A stretch of 64,000 nucleotides of DNA, from NCBI GenBank assembly GCA_045638945.1, contig JAZUCF010000024.1, positions 25,055 through 89,054 on the forward strand. Reading direction: 5' to 3'. The translations under genes were made by a program, and so were the position numbers. The notes under the pieces are model-generated. The model saw nothing but the letters and a program-made list of their open reading frames with translations. It was not told the DNA's origin and searched no databases. The stretch is from Clostridia bacterium (GTDB lineage: Bacteria > Bacillota > Clostridia > UMGS1883). This document shows, one piece after another, positions 48,103 to 57,618 of this stretch (positions within the stretch are counted from its first letter, which is position 1; every line of letters starts with the position of its first letter).

Positions 48103-49485
48103 ATGAAAAAGCATCAAAGAATTACAAGTCTAATAATTATTTTGATACTCTTGTGTTCGTTTTCCTGCACTTCATATGCTGAAAATGAAAATAAAAAAGT
48201 GAATAATTCTTCTGAAACCTCGCAGGAGACCCCTGAAAAAAATACAATTGAGGCAAAGTCGCCCCATGCCGTTTTGATGGACTTAAAAACAGGTTCGATT
48301 ATATATGAGAAAAATTCCAGTGATGCGGTTTATCCCGCGGGGTTAACTAATATAATGACCGCAGTCCTTGTCCTTGAAAACTCTAATATGGAGGAGCTTG
48401 CCACTGCAAGCGAAACGGCTCTTTCCAATGTCTTGCCCGGGGACAACAAAATGGGTATTTTAAAGGAAGAGAAGCTGTCGGTGCGTCAGCTTGTTTACGG
48501 GATGCTTTTAGAGTCTGCCTCCGATGCAGCAAACGTTCTTGCAGAAAAAACAGCAGGCAGTATAGAAGCCTTTGTAAATATGATGAATGCCAGAGCCAAG
48601 GAGCTTGGCATGGAGAAAACAAGCTTCACCAATCCTGCGGGAAACCATGATGACAGACATTATACAACTCCAATGGATATGGCGATTTTAGCAAAGCACG
48701 CTATGTCAATCCCTGAGTTTTGCGATATTGTAAAATGTGATTCCTACACTATTCCTCCAACGGAAAAGAATCCCAATTCAAGAAAGCTTACAAACAGAAA
48801 TCATCTTGTAAGCAGACTTATACGAAATGATTATTATTACGCAAATGCCACAGGGCTTAAAACAGGCTACAGTGCAGAAGCAAAGAGCTGTGTGGCGGCA
48901 TCGGCACAAAAAGGCTCAATGTCACTTTTAGCGTTGGTTTTTGAAGCCGACACAAGCAATAATGTACTGCAAAGCTATGATGACTGCAGAAAGATGTTTG
49001 ATTTTGTGTTTTCAAATTATGTGTCGCAAACTATTGTCAGCGAGGGAGATATAGTAGCACAAACCAATATTATAAATACAAGGCGTGACAATAAAATTAT
49101 TTTAACGGCAGAGAGACCATTATCCGTTATTCGTGAAAAAGATTCCGAGCCTGTGGAGGTCACATATAAGGATTTCGTGAAAAAATCCGTAAGTGCTCCC
49201 GTGAAAAAAGGTGAAAAAATCGGAACGAGAGAGTATTTTGTAAACGGGCAGTCTATAGGAACGCTAAATCTTTTAGCAGAGAAAAATTATAAGCTCGACC
49301 CCGTGACATTCTTTATAAATAAGCTTAAGGCATTTTTTACTTCGCCATGGCTTTATGCGGTCATAGTTTTATTGATAATATTCTTTATTTTAGCGGAAAG
49401 AAGACGAAGAAGAATCCTCCGCAAAAAACGGCGTGACGCCCGCAAAAAAAGAAATCTGGAACTGATTCACAGTATAGACAGCTAA
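48103..49485 (+). CDS. PBP5/D-Ala-D-Ala carboxypeptidase (S11) homolog with degenerate active-site motifs (predicted inactive)
   Basis: Signal peptide; S11 fold. SxxK reads PAGLTNIMT (Ser->Gly, Lys->Asn), SxN reads ESASD (Asn->Ser), KTG retained (LKTGYS). C-terminal TM plus polybasic tail. Confidence 0.7.
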   Translation: MKKHQRITSLIIILILLCSFSCTSYAENENKKVNNSSETSQETPEKNTIEAKSPHAVLMDLKTGSIIYEKNSSDAVYPAGLTNIMTAVLVLENSNMEELATASETALSNVLPGDNKMGILKEEKLSVRQLVYGMLLESASDAANVLAEKTAGSIEAFVNMMNARAKELGMEKTSFTNPAGNHDDRHYTTPMDMAILAKHAMSIPEFCDIVKCDSYTIPPTEKNPNSRKLTNRNHLVSRLIRNDYYYANATGLKTGYSAEAKSCVAASAQKGSMSLLALVFEADTSNNVLQSYDDCRKMFDFVFSNYVSQTIVSEGDIVAQTNIINTRRDNKIILTAERPLSVIREKDSEPVEVTYKDFVKKSVSAPVKKGEKIGTREYFVNGQSIGTLNLLAEKNYKLDPVTFFINKLKAFFTSPWLYAVIVLLIIFFILAERRRRRILRKKRRDARKKRNLELIHSIDS

Positions 49486-49520
49486 CAAAAAACGGCTCAA
49501 TCGAGCCGTTTTTTGTTAGC
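49481..49520. repeat. 40-bp perfect palindrome/terminator; left boundary repeat of the low-GC cassette
   Basis: GCTAACAAAAAACGGCTC-aatc-GAGCCGTTTTTTGTTAGC; its 30-nt core is repeated at 53667-53701. Confidence 0.7.
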
Positions 49521-49546
49521 TTTATGGAGAACTTTCATCTCCCAAA

Positions 49547-50461
49547 TCATATTTTTTCGGCAGAAATCATAGCTCCGTTAAGCATATCAATTTTTATAAT
49601 AAAATGCTCTTTAGCTGTCCGGCAAATTATAGCAAAGTACCTACCGTCAAATAACGGAGTGTGCTCAATATAATCATAAGAATTATATAAATCCGGAGCT
49701 TTTTGAGAGCCTAAAGTTGTAATCCCTAAAGAATATAATTCATTTTTCAAATTAAATCTTACTTCTGATTCTTCGCTTTTATAAACAAAATCCACGACCT
49801 CTCCGAATGTCGTTCCGGGGTATTGAATATAAAAGTTTTTGCCATATAAGAATTTGCCTTTTATACCACCATGAGGAGAAGTACTCCAAAGAGCCATATA
49901 ATCGAGCTTGGGGCGAACAGCTTTTTCGGTGTTTATCACATATACTTTTCCATCAAAAAAATACTCCCAATCTAATAATTTTACCGCAATATCCCATACC
50001 AAAGGAATATATGTTACACCACGGAAATTGACAACGGGATATCTCTTTTCACTATTATACTTTTGGTTTTGAATGTATACATCATATTGAACAGTATATG
50101 TTTTATGAAAATCTCCGGAAACATTTTGTTGATTTGAAACAACCTCTGAAAAGTTTTCCTCTCTCTGGTCACTTTTTCCGACATAAAAAAGATAGGGAGA
50201 GTTTTCATTATATCCTTTTTTTCCATAATGCGTTTCCAGTCCTGCGAAGTTGCACATATTATGTGTCAATGGAAAATATAATATATTATTATACTCTAAA
50301 AATGGATATTCTCTATAGGTATTTTCTATAATTTGTCCGTTTACTTTAATTTCATATTTAGGAACAGATACATTTAAAGTTTTCGCACTGACTTTCATTC
50401 CTAGGAACAAGGTAATGAATGTGGAAATTATTATAAAAATTGATTTTTTCACTTTTTTCAC
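49547..50461 (-). CDS. Secreted protein of unknown function
   Basis: Signal peptide MKKVKKSIFIIISTFITLFLGMKVSA; no recognisable domain; low GC. Confidence 0.5.
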   Translation of the reverse strand: MKKVKKSIFIIISTFITLFLGMKVSAKTLNVSVPKYEIKVNGQIIENTYREYPFLEYNNILYFPLTHNMCNFAGLETHYGKKGYNENSPYLFYVGKSDQREENFSEVVSNQQNVSGDFHKTYTVQYDVYIQNQKYNSEKRYPVVNFRGVTYIPLVWDIAVKLLDWEYFFDGKVYVINTEKAVRPKLDYMALWSTSPHGGIKGKFLYGKNFYIQYPGTTFGEVVDFVYKSEESEVRFNLKNELYSLGITTLGSQKAPDLYNSYDYIEHTPLFDGRYFAIICRTAKEHFIIKIDMLNGAMISAEKI

Positions 50462-50467
50462 TCCTGT

Positions 50468-51622
50468 TTAAGGCATTTGCTGAAAATATATAGATATGTT
50501 TTCTTCATGCCAGTTGGTACCACTATTTTTTATTACCTGCCTTGCATTATCTGAATTTGTTCCAAAAGCTCCGCAACGATCCGGTTCATAGTTGTTTCCG
50601 CTTATATGTTCGCCGTCAGCACAATTTTCGGGTAACATTTTAGTGGTTATTCCGTTTGGTGTTGAATATATGTAAGAATTATCAAAGGCAGCATTCAATA
50701 AACGTGTTCCCGTCAAATAATTATGGTTGGAATTGCACAATGTAATTTGCTTGTTGAATGATGTGTTTGTATCGTAAATTCCATAGCTTCCCACATGAAA
50801 ATGATAGTCTACAAATACTCTATCAAAATTTGTTCCATCAACTATTTTAAAGCTCATAAATCCGGGGTTTTCTGACAAATGTTCAACCCTAAAATATAAC
50901 CTATTTGTGTCAATATATATATCATCGAAAGGCTCATACATGTCCTCTTCAAGAACAAATTCAGGGTCTGTTCTTAATTGAAAAACTCTCCACCTAACAA
51001 GCCCATCTCCACCAAGTTCATACGCAACTCCAAAATCCATATAAAAATCTTGTACCCCAGGATAAGAAGCCGATGTATCAATAGTATAAAACATGTAACC
51101 AGCGGTATCATTAGTTTTGTTTTGAATTGTGGGCAAGGTAACAAAAGTAGTTGCTCCGGAATATTCAGACAAAGACATAACCTCCCAGCCTATCCCTTCA
51201 TCACCTGGTCGGTTAATCGCCCTGCTTGAACTGTTTTCACTGCTGATTGCAAGCTTTTTATTACGATTATCTTCAATAATGGGGACTGTTGACATGGATG
51301 CTTTAATATAGTTTTTTACTTGTTCTTTGCTGAATCCATATGTTTCTGCATCCCTTTTAATAGATTTTATAATATCCTTGTAAGCTCCTTTTGCAGACAT
51401 TCCATTATTTTCATATTCCTTTTGAACGAAAGATGACATTTCTATCTCTTCTAAGTCTATTTCATTGTTTTTCAAAAACGTTACAGTTTCAGTTCCCAAC
51501 AGAGTTGTTTTTTCTTTTGCAGAAAAAACAGATAAATCCTTTTCTATACCTTCATCTGCATTTGCGATGCTTATGCTTGATAACATAAAAATCGTTACGA
51601 AAAAAAATAATTTCTTTTTCAT
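50468..51622 (-). CDS. Secreted protein of unknown function
   Basis: Signal peptide MKKKLFFFVTIFMLSSISIANA; 384 aa; no recognisable domain; low GC. Confidence 0.5.
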   Translation of the reverse strand: MKKKLFFFVTIFMLSSISIANADEGIEKDLSVFSAKEKTTLLGTETVTFLKNNEIDLEEIEMSSFVQKEYENNGMSAKGAYKDIIKSIKRDAETYGFSKEQVKNYIKASMSTVPIIEDNRNKKLAISSENSSSRAINRPGDEGIGWEVMSLSEYSGATTFVTLPTIQNKTNDTAGYMFYTIDTSASYPGVQDFYMDFGVAYELGGDGLVRWRVFQLRTDPEFVLEEDMYEPFDDIYIDTNRLYFRVEHLSENPGFMSFKIVDGTNFDRVFVDYHFHVGSYGIYDTNTSFNKQITLCNSNHNYLTGTRLLNAAFDNSYIYSTPNGITTKMLPENCADGEHISGNNYEPDRCGAFGTNSDNARQVIKNSGTNWHEENISIYFQQMP

Positions 51623-51752
51623 GACATTTTTTCTCCTTTACTTTATCATAAAATTTTGTTTTTTTCAACTGCTTTACAGTTGTTTTTGACGTTTGTCCGT
51701 TTTTTCATATGTAGTCCAACGGAATCACCTCGCATATAGGTAAAGAACAAAA

Positions 51753-52202
51753 TTAATAATTAATTACATCACTGTATTTGGTTATTGTCTCAATCAAGTT
51801 GCCGCTGCTGTCATACGCTTTGTGAGTAAGCTTTAGACGATAGGAATAGCCTTTTGCAACGGCGTATTTTTCATCTACAAATGCATTGGAGCCTCCTTTA
51901 TCGCTCCAGGTTTTAATTGAACTCCAACTACTTCCTTTTTGCTGTAATGCAACTGATACATATGCGGTATATCCTACAGGTACATTTGTTTCTCCGTAGC
52001 ACTCAAATATTCCTCCGGATTTAAGTACGAAATCGTTTTCGGTGGAGGTAATAATAATATTTGCAGGTGCTACAATACTTGCATTACTTACCGGAGTAGC
52101 AGCAAAGGTGTTTAAAGCAGTTATTGACATTGATGCACAGCCTACTGTTGCAACAATAAGGGAAGTAATGCGTTTAACATAGTTTTTGTTTGATTTTTTC
52201 AT
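51753..52202 (-). CDS. Small secreted protein of unknown function
   Basis: Signal peptide ..ATVGCASMSITALNTFAA; 149 aa. Confidence 0.45.
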   Translation of the reverse strand: MKKSNKNYVKRITSLIVATVGCASMSITALNTFAATPVSNASIVAPANIIITSTENDFVLKSGGIFECYGETNVPVGYTAYVSVALQQKGSSWSSIKTWSDKGGSNAFVDEKYAVAKGYSYRLKLTHKAYDSSGNLIETITKYSDVINY

Positions 52203-52334
52203 GGAAAAAATCCCCTTTCATTTTAGATTTCATATATAATAATCCTCGAAAAGCTAAAAAGGGGACAAAATTTCTAAAATTTTTGTAAAAAAATAAAACG
52301 CATACCGTTTACCGGTTTGCGCTTTACTATGTTA

Positions 52335-53045
52335 CTATTTAACTATAATATTTTCAGCAATTTTAATTATTTCGTCTTTTTCAATGTTTGCTGTAATTCG
52401 ATAAGTATATGAACTATTATGCCATATCAGCATATTTCTATCCGTCTTTGATATATAGATGCCATCATAGCCATTTATCGTAATGTTTTCCACAACGGCA
52501 TTTTCAGTATCTACTGCGGAATTTACATCAAGTTTACCAAGTCTAAATTGAAAATATTTATCCTTGTTTAAGAAAGATAAGCTCACCATCCTGCTGGAAA
52601 CACTGCTTTCCTCTGAAACAAATCCCTCCGGAATATACTTAAGGTCTACCATACCATCGTATATTTCTCCTTGCTTTTTATCTGTGAAGCGTATTTCTGT
52701 ATCAGGGGCATCGGCATCAAAAATAAAATTCATGAATTTTATTCTCCAAGCTTCTACGGAAAAAACAGCCACTGTCATTATCGCGGCGAATATCAGGAGG
52801 AAACAGGCCGCTCTTTTAGTATAAACCATAGCCTTGAGCAATTTTTGCTTACGCCGTTCGCGACTGAAAAGTGCCTTCATTTTTTTTGTGTGCTCCTGTG
52901 AAAATTCTACCTGTGATTTCTTTAAATCATATTCAACACAGATTCTTTCATCAGCTAAAATTGTCGCTTCATCAATTACGGCTTCAAAAGCTTTGTCAAT
53001 AGAATTTTCTACCGCATTGTTATACGAATTATCAGTACTTTTCAT
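52335..53045 (-). CDS. Anti-sigma factor (single TM, C-terminal DUF4367-like domain)
   Basis: Overlaps the ECF sigma gene stop; cytoplasmic N-term, TM ACFLLIFAAIMTVAVF, extracellular C-domain. Confidence 0.55.
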   Translation of the reverse strand: MKSTDNSYNNAVENSIDKAFEAVIDEATILADERICVEYDLKKSQVEFSQEHTKKMKALFSRERRKQKLLKAMVYTKRAACFLLIFAAIMTVAVFSVEAWRIKFMNFIFDADAPDTEIRFTDKKQGEIYDGMVDLKYIPEGFVSEESSVSSRMVSLSFLNKDKYFQFRLGKLDVNSAVDTENAVVENITINGYDGIYISKTDRNMLIWHNSSYTYRITANIEKDEIIKIAENIIVK

Positions 53046-53580
53046 TTGCAATTTTCCTCCTTTCCAATTCTTTTTTTAGTATGTGCTTAGCTCGTTGTAA
53101 ACGCTTTTTGACAGTTTCGGATTGTAACCCTGTAATTTCGGAAATTTCAGTTATGCTCAATTTATGTACTCTTGAAAGCAAAAGAACCTCTCTGTATTTA
53201 ATATCCATATGATATATAGCATCCGAAACATTTTTTACAGCCTCCTTATTCAGCACCAGCTCTTCCGGAGTAAACACGTTTTTGGGGGAAAGCTCAATTT
53301 CGTCTGTATTATTCAAATCATGCCTTTTTTGTTTATTATAAAGTTTAAGGGCAACGTTACGGCATATTGTGCACAGGTAGTTTCGTGTTGCAATAGACTC
53401 TGGTTGGGCAATTTTTTCTAAATTGCCCCTAAGTAATATTTCAAAGGTTTCATGTATGGCATCTTCTGCCGCATGTTGATTTTCAAGTATTTCAAATGCC
53501 ACGACAAACAACAGTTTTCCGTATGAATGATATAGAGATTCAATTTTATCAACTTTATTAACCGGTTTTTTGAAGAACAT
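53032..53580 (-). CDS. ECF-type sigma-70 family RNA polymerase sigma factor
   Basis: Region 2 (..LLFVVAFEILENQHAAEDAIHETF) and region 4 HTH (LSITEISEITGLQSETVKKRLQRAK). Confidence 0.8.
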   Translation of the reverse strand: MFFKKPVNKVDKIESLYHSYGKLLFVVAFEILENQHAAEDAIHETFEILLRGNLEKIAQPESIATRNYLCTICRNVALKLYNKQKRHDLNNTDEIELSPKNVFTPEELVLNKEAVKNVSDAIYHMDIKYREVLLLSRVHKLSITEISEITGLQSETVKKRLQRAKHILKKELERRKIANEKY

Positions 53581-53662
53581 ATTTTGTCATCTCCCTTCGG
53601 TGACTTCTGCCTAATTCTATCACAAACAACACCTGTTTTCAATAGCTTGAGGTAAAAAAGCC

Positions 53663-53704
53663 CAAGTAAAAAACGGCTCAAATTGAGCCGTTTTTTGTTT
53701 GGAA
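53663..53704. repeat. Palindromic terminator; right boundary repeat of the cassette
   Basis: CCAAGTAAAAAACGGCTCAAATTGAGCCGTTTTTTGTTTGG shares AAAAAACGGCTCAA..GAGCCGTTTTTTGTT with 49481-49520. Confidence 0.7.
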
Positions 53705-53772
53705 ATTTGTGTAATTAAATCGCGAGTAGCTTTTGTCTTAGCCGGTAAGCGACGAGGCTGAAGCGGCACGCC
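53702..53772 (-). repeat. ~80-bp intergenic repeat family, copy B
   Basis: CTGAAGCGGCACGCC abuts the rubrerythrin stop codon; head AAATTTGTGTAATTAAATCGCGAGTAGC resembles copies A and C; shares GCGACGAG with copy A. Confidence 0.6.
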
Positions 53773-54306
53773 TTAATAATTCTCTTTTCTGATTTCAAAG
53801 TATGCCTGAGGATGAGCGCATACGGGGCAAACCTGAGGAGCCTTTTTACCCATTACAAGGTGACCGCAGTTTCTGCATTCCCAGATTGCTTCTTCTGCCT
53901 TTTCAAATACCTTCTGCATTTCCACATTATTAAGAAGTGCACGGTATCTTTCCTCATGTGTCTTTTCGATTGCGGCAACAGCACGAAACTGTGCTGCAAG
54001 AGCGGTAAAGCCTTCTTCCTCAGCTTCTTCAGCAAAGGTCTTATACATATCTGTCCATTCGTAGTTTTCGCCCTCTGCTGCTGCAAGTAGGTTTTCCTTT
54101 GTGCCGCCGAGAAGCTCAAGAGCCTTGAACCAAAGCTTTGCATGCTCCTTTTCATTGTTTGCTGTGTCTTCAAAAATTGCGGCTATCTGCTGGTAGCCTT
54201 CTTTTTTTGCAACGGATGCAAAATAAGTGTACTTGTTTCTTGCCTGTGATTCGCCTGCAAATGCGGCAAGAAGATTTTTTTCGGTTTTTGTTCCTTCAAA
54301 TTTCAT
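53773..54306 (-). CDS. Rubrerythrin
   Basis: Ferritin-like diiron domain (E..H pairs) plus C-terminal rubredoxin-like CRNCGH...CPVCAHP. Confidence 0.9.
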   Translation of the reverse strand: MKFEGTKTEKNLLAAFAGESQARNKYTYFASVAKKEGYQQIAAIFEDTANNEKEHAKLWFKALELLGGTKENLLAAAEGENYEWTDMYKTFAEEAEEEGFTALAAQFRAVAAIEKTHEERYRALLNNVEMQKVFEKAEEAIWECRNCGHLVMGKKAPQVCPVCAHPQAYFEIRKENY

Positions 54307-54342
54307 TTAAAACACCTCGTTTAATATTATTTTTTAAAAATG

Positions 54343-54363
54343 TAAAATTATTCATTTTACATA
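54343..54363. promoter_or_regulatory. Perfect 8-5-8 palindrome TGTAAAAT-tattc-ATTTTACA upstream of rubrerythrin (candidate operator)
   Basis: Exact inverted repeat 37-57 nt upstream of the rubrerythrin start codon. Confidence 0.45.
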
Positions 54364-54377
54364 ATAAAATCAATTGT

Positions 54378-54656
54378 GTAGTGCAGTAAGACTTGAACAC
54401 CTGTTGTCTCAAACGAATTATTTTTGAAGCCTTTCAACTTGTCGGTTTTGAAGGGCGACAGCCCATCTGCAACCTCCGCATTAAAATCCTTCTAAAAATA
54501 GTTCGTTTGAGATGCGAGCAGTTTTAACAGTGACAATTTTTCTTAAAACAAGGAAAAGGTCGCAGGTAATACTTCCGTATTATCAAGAGCTTTGACACAG
54601 TTTTATGGGAAATTGTCCTGTTAAAACCAATAGGGGTTCAGGTCTTACTGCACTAA
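54378..54656. other. ~275-bp element with terminal inverted repeats and nested long-range complementarity (MITE-like insertion or structured ncRNA), unclassified
   Basis: AGTGCAGTAAGACTTGAAC (54380-54398) vs reverse complement of GTTCAGGTCTTACTGCACT (54636-54654). Inner pairing TCTCAAACGAA (54406-54416) / TTCGTTTGAGA (54502-54512). Right TIR overlaps the engB stop codon. Confidence 0.45.
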
Positions 54657-55238
54657 TTCACAAACTTCATAAATGGCTTCCCAGATATCCTCGCTTCCCA
54701 TACCCGTTTCCGCACTGAATGGCATCATAATGTCATCATCCTCAAGCTCGAGGGTATAGTAAATTTCATCAAGATGATCATTTAGCTTTGTTTTCGGTAT
54801 CTTGTCGCACTTGGTTGCAACCACAAAGGCGAAGCCGTGCCTTTCGCGAATATAATTAAGCATAATCAAATCGTCATTGGTAGGCTTGTGCCTTGCATCA
54901 ACAAGAAGCACTGTGCAGGCAAGGGTTTCACGGCAGTCAAGATATGTTTCAATCATATTGCCCCATTTTTTCTTTTCATCCTTGCTTACCTTTGCATAAC
55001 CGTAGCCGGGTAAATCGACGAAATTTAATGTGTCGTCAATATTGTAGAAATTAATCGTCGCAGTCTTTCCGGGCTTTGAACTGGTTCTTGCAAGGCTTTT
55101 GCGGTTAAGCATCTTGTTAATAAATGAACTTTTTCCCACATTGCTTCGCCCTGCAAATGCAATATCGGGAAAGGGTGTATCGGGATATTGCTTAGGCGAA
55201 ACGGCGGATATTGTAAGGCTTACATTATGAATATTCAT
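54645..55238 (-). CDS. engB: Ribosome biogenesis GTP-binding protein YihA/EngB
   Basis: G1 [10 protein letters not shown]3 DLPGYG, G4 TKCDK. Confidence 0.9.
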   Translation of the reverse strand: MNIHNVSLTISAVSPKQYPDTPFPDIAFAGRSNVGKSSFINKMLNRKSLARTSSKPGKTATINFYNIDDTLNFVDLPGYGYAKVSKDEKKKWGNMIETYLDCRETLACTVLLVDARHKPTNDDLIMLNYIRERHGFAFVVATKCDKIPKTKLNDHLDEIYYTLELEDDDIMMPFSAETGMGSEDIWEAIYEVCELVQ

Positions 55239-57606
55239 GCAGCGTGCTCCTTTCTTTTCTCAGCGGGGGAGGAGTTTGCCCTGCCTTTTTGGTATCGGTT
55301 TTGTTAAGCAGTGCAAGCTTTAAAACCTCATCACAGCTTTTAACGGGCACAAAGTTAATTTCACTGCGGATGTGCGGGGGAATTTCTTCAAGGTCTTTGA
55401 TATTCTCATACGGAATAACTATATTTGTAATTTTATTTCTGTATGCCGCAAGGGCTTTTTCCTTAAGTCCGCCGATGGGGAGAACTCTTCCTGTAAGGGA
55501 TATTTCACCTGTCATGGCAATATCACTGCGTACAGGAACTGAGGAAAGGGTACTTGCCACGGCAGTTGCTATTGTGATGCCTGCACTGGGACCGTCCTTA
55601 GGAACTGCTCCCTCTGGGAAATGGATATGTATATCCCTTTTCTCATAAAAGTCAGACTGTATACCGAGAGTGTCAGAAATGGAGCGGATGAAAGAAACCG
55701 CCGCCTGAACTGACTCTTTCATAACATCTCCAAGCTTGCCTGTAATCTGAATTTTTCCGCTTCCGGGAAGAGAAATTGCCTCACACTGAAGTATTTCACC
55801 GCCCACCTGCGTCCATGCAAGTCCGTTAACCACACCTATAGCGGGTTTTGTATCTACTGCATTTTCTACATATTTTTTCTCACCGATAAAATCGGAGAGA
55901 TTCTTTTCGGTGACAGATACGCAGATATCTTTCTTTGTTTGTGCCATGATAGCTTTTCTGCAAATTTTTTCTATTTCACGCTCAAGCTTTCTTACACCCG
56001 ATTCCTTTGTGTAGCACGCAATTATAGTTTTTATTGCCTTATCGGAAACCTTAAGGTCTTTTTTATCAAGGCAGTGCCTCTGCATCTGTTTTGGGAATAG
56101 GTGCAGCTTTGCTATGTTGTACTTTTCATCATCAGTATAGCTTGAAAGCTCCAGTACCTCCATCCTGTCAAGAAGCGGACGGGGGATTGTAGAGGTATCG
56201 TTGGCAGTTGCTATGAAAAGCACCTTTGATAAATCAAGCCCAAGCTCAAGATAGTTATCTCTGAATGAAGAATTTTGCTCCCTGTCGAGGATTTCCAGCA
56301 GGGCAGAGGAGGGGTCTCCCTTGTAATCTGAACCGACCTTGTCAATTTCATCAAGAAGAATCAGGGGGTTTGCGGATTTTGCTTTTTTAAGAGCATTTAC
56401 AATTCTTCCGGGCATTGCTCCCACATAGGTCTTTCTGTGTCCGCGAAGCTCGGATTCATCCTTCATTCCGCCAAGACTGATTCGTACATAATTTCTTCCC
56501 GTAGCTTCTGCAATAGACTTTGCAATTGAAGTTTTTCCCACACCGGGCGCTCCGTGAAGGCAAAGTATACTTCCCGTGGGGTTCTGTGTGCGGTTTATAA
56601 CTGCGAGCTGTTCAAGGACTCTTTCCTTTACCTTTTCCATTCCGTAATGGTCACGCTCAAGGATTTTCCTTGCACAGTCAAGGTCTTTATTTTCTTCAGT
56701 ATAGGTTTCCCACGGAAGGTCGCAGATAAGATCTAAATAATTTCTTGAAATACTGCTTTCGGGAGATGTCGGGGGGAGCTTTTCATAGTTATTAAGCTCA
56801 CGCATTGCTTTTTGATACACTTCTTCAGGGAGCGGTGTGCTTTCAATCCTGTTTCTGAGTTCCAGAAACTCATCTTCTTTATCATCACCAAGCTCTTCCT
56901 TTATTGCACGAAGCTGTTCACGAAGATAATACTCATGATTATGGTCATCCATCTGCTGTTTAACCTTTGCGGCAATAATGCTTTCAACATCAAGGATTTT
57001 AACCTCTTTTGTCATAACGTCAATGAGCTTTAAAAGCCTCTTTTTGACATTTGTGGTTTGAAGAAGCTCCTGTTTATCCTCATTGCCACGCAAAAGATTA
57101 AAAGCAATGGTATCGCAAAAATCCGACGGGTTTGTTTCGGGTAAATCCTTTATAAAGCTTTCGGTAGAAAGCTTGGGATTAAGCTCGATATAATCATTAA
57201 TAAGGTAGTGTATCTGATTAAGGAAAGCGGAATATTCTTCCACGGATAAATCCCTGTCGGAAGAATTTTTATACACAATTTCACCCTCGTAAAGATTCTC
57301 GCAGACAAAGGCACCGCTCAGCTTTCCGCGTGATTCTCCCTCGACAAGTATTCGAAGACAACCGTCGGGAAGCTTTAGAATTTGTTTTATTTTAGCAATC
57401 ATACCAAAGGAGTTTACATCACTTTCGGTGGGCTCTTCGATTGCATCATTTTTCTGTGATGCAAGGAATATAAGTCCGTTTGATGCAACTGCTTTGAGCA
57501 CTGCATTTTTGCTTTTTTCCCTTGCCACGTCAAAGTGAAACACCGTTTTAGGAAAAATCACAAATCCGCGTACGGGAATAATGGGTAATATTTCTTTTTT
57601 TGCCAT
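55225..57606 (-). CDS. lon: ATP-dependent Lon protease (LonA)
   Basis: LON N-domain, AAA+ Walker [10 protein letters not shown], protease domain with catalytic Ser in [10 protein letters not shown]. Confidence 0.95.
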   Translation of the reverse strand: MAKKEILPIIPVRGFVIFPKTVFHFDVAREKSKNAVLKAVASNGLIFLASQKNDAIEEPTESDVNSFGMIAKIKQILKLPDGCLRILVEGESRGKLSGAFVCENLYEGEIVYKNSSDRDLSVEEYSAFLNQIHYLINDYIELNPKLSTESFIKDLPETNPSDFCDTIAFNLLRGNEDKQELLQTTNVKKRLLKLIDVMTKEVKILDVESIIAAKVKQQMDDHNHEYYLREQLRAIKEELGDDKEDEFLELRNRIESTPLPEEVYQKAMRELNNYEKLPPTSPESSISRNYLDLICDLPWETYTEENKDLDCARKILERDHYGMEKVKERVLEQLAVINRTQNPTGSILCLHGAPGVGKTSIAKSIAEATGRNYVRISLGGMKDESELRGHRKTYVGAMPGRIVNALKKAKSANPLILLDEIDKVGSDYKGDPSSALLEILDREQNSSFRDNYLELGLDLSKVLFIATANDTSTIPRPLLDRMEVLELSSYTDDEKYNIAKLHLFPKQMQRHCLDKKDLKVSDKAIKTIIACYTKESGVRKLEREIEKICRKAIMAQTKKDICVSVTEKNLSDFIGEKKYVENAVDTKPAIGVVNGLAWTQVGGEILQCEAISLPGSGKIQITGKLGDVMKESVQAAVSFIRSISDTLGIQSDFYEKRDIHIHFPEGAVPKDGPSAGITIATAVASTLSSVPVRSDIAMTGEISLTGRVLPIGGLKEKALAAYRNKITNIVIPYENIKDLEEIPPHIRSEINFVPVKSCDEVLKLALLNKTDTKKAGQTPPPLRKERSTLHEYS

Positions 57607-57618
57607 GATATTTTGTCC

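Noticed and set aside
54378-54656. Possibility that the structured intergenic segment is a tRNA, tmRNA or SRP RNA
   Set aside because: No cloverleaf can be drawn. There is no GGAAGCAGC-type SRP domain IV motif and no tmRNA tag-reading frame or T-arm, so it is left as an unclassified structured or TIR element.
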